Positions 62,431-64,000 of a DNA stretch of 64,000 nucleotides are shown in pieces. Origin of the DNA: the human T2T-CHM13v2.0 reference genome, Homo sapiens; assembly GCF_009914755.1 (NCBI RefSeq), contig NC_060926.1; one strand, 5' to 3'. Both the position numbers and the translations under genes were made by a program. Position 1 is the first letter of the stretch, and each line of letters opens with the position of its first letter. The notes under the pieces are model-generated. The model was not told the origin of the DNA, searched no databases, and saw only the letters and a list, made by a program, of their open reading frames with translations.

Positions 62431-63871
62431 TGCCAGCCTTTGCTTCTAGGAAAGTAGGAAGAAATGGTCCATGAAGTTTCATTTGCCTTGAGTAAAACAG
62501 AAACGTCTTTGGAGAAATTGCAAGTCCAATGCTAGCAGGGTGCAGCCAAGAAGGAGGCCTGTGGCCAGCCCCACCTGCTGCCTGCAAGAAGGAGAGAAGG
62601 CCAATGGGGATAAGGGTCCTGAGGCCTCAGAAGACAGGGGAGCAGTTTGACCATCTGCAGAGAAAGAAAACCTTAAAGGAAAAGCTAAAGATCTCATAAG
62701 TCCCATAGGTTCCTCCACGCTTTTCAGTGAGCTTACTGGAGTTGTTTTGAATCTGCCCTGAAGGAAGTCAGCTCAAAGGCCGAAAGGAAAGCTGGCCCAC
62801 TTATCACCTCCCTAAGCAAGCAACAACCCATGAACTGGATGTCAGGACAGGTAGCTGCTGTCACTGAGGGAACTGATCCCATTGCAGTGACGCCAGAGAC
62901 AGATGTTGGGGCAGCCTGGGAGCTCACAGAACAGCGGTCCACTGTAGGGCAGTCATCTTTCGTGGCCAGCAGCAAACTGAACTCACCTCAGGGGTCCTTC
63001 TTCCAGGCTGCATGTGAGACCTGATGCATCCCCTCCCAAGAGGCACAGGGATGCTTACACACATACTTCTTGGGGCTCTTCCAGTCTCATTAGAACGCTT
63101 CTGGGCCCAATATTTTGCCCAGATGTTCACAGGCAGGCAGGAGAATTGTCTCATTTATAAAGAGTCTTGCTTTTCTGGCCAGAATTGGTAATAACCAACA
63201 TCCTCACAGTTGGAACCATGGATGATTAAATGATGTTTAAGGACCTTAAACCTTATCTGATCTGACCCCTTTACCTGCAGATGGGCACCCTGAGGCCACA
63301 GAGGCTGTGACAGGCCCCCCACATGAATTCAGAGCAGCTGACCTGTGACCTGTGTCTTTTTCCTTCCTGCAGGACACATCCGATTTGTCCCTAGGCTGCT
63401 CACAGAGGAATGAAAGCCTTCCTTGACTTGAATCTATCTGTACACTTGAGGTAACTTCCACATCCAGTTCCCCCAGAAAGGAGTCTGAAGGGTATAGGAA
63501 ACAAACATCTGTGATTGTCTTCAACTCATAACACCTGGCTTCACACCATAGGGGGATGGAGAAGAGAACAGAGAGGAAGGGGAAGGGGCCATAGGGTGGG
63601 GTCTGGTAAAGAAGAACAAAGGAAGAAATGAGGATAGCATGGTCTAAAAGGGAAGGAAACAGGTAGGCGGGGGCGGGGTTGGGGTTCGGGGGAAGAGTAG
63701 GCAGAGCCCAGAAAACTTGTTCTAGGGAGAAGTTAGAAGACTGAGGCCGAGGGAGGGGAGTAAGAGCTAATGAGAAAAGGAAAGTCAAGGAGAGAACTTA
63801 CCTGAATTTAAATTCTCAATTAGAATCAGTATGAAGGATCACAGAAGTCACACCAGAATCAAGCCTAGCAA

Positions 63872-63874
<3 letters not shown>

Positions 63875-63927
<53 letters not shown>
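63875..63927. repeat. Compound (TG)14(AG)12 microsatellite
   Basis: Directly visible. Confidence 0.95.
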
Positions 63928-64000
63928 ATGTATTGCCTTGAGCTCCAACCCCAGTTTTTTATCACATGACAAGAAGGATAAAGGTCCCTGGTTCCCAAGA

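Noticed and set aside
62830-63024. ORF containing DPIAVTPET, faintly like a LINE endonuclease motif
   Set aside because: A single short motif with no other APE signatures.
63246-63788. 180-aa minus-strand ORF, the longest in the track
   Set aside because: No recognisable domain, no ATG at the annotated start, and openness is explained by a pyrimidine-rich strand.

Overview
Primate (most likely human or great-ape) nuclear DNA, judged from AluY and L1PA3/4-type elements, CpG depletion and dense old L2/MIR/hAT repeats. I see no prokaryotic content, CRISPR array, rRNA or tRNA, and no recognisable host protein-coding exon. The only ORFs I can assign to known proteins are disrupted LINE-1 ORF1, ORF2 and ORF0 at 22.0-24.2 kb. 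The window reads as a long intron or 5' region of a gene that is probably on the minus strand (inference; gene not identified). Best non-repeat signals: (i) an ordered MEF2-TEAD-MEF2-TATA-Inr-short exon-GTGAGT cassette on the minus strand at 18.6-18.9 kb, resembling a muscle-type alternative promoter; (ii) a repeat-poor block at 61.7-64 kb with several strong minus-strand splice donors, PBX/E-box motifs, G4 tracts and a possible antisense non-coding exon; (iii) an L1PA3/4 with an intact 5' end but no 3' part, whose antisense promoter points at (i). I found no evidence of a new biological system. Repeat subfamily names come from remembered consensus sequences, and boundaries of old repeats are approximate (tens of bp); RepeatMasker/Dfam should confirm them.
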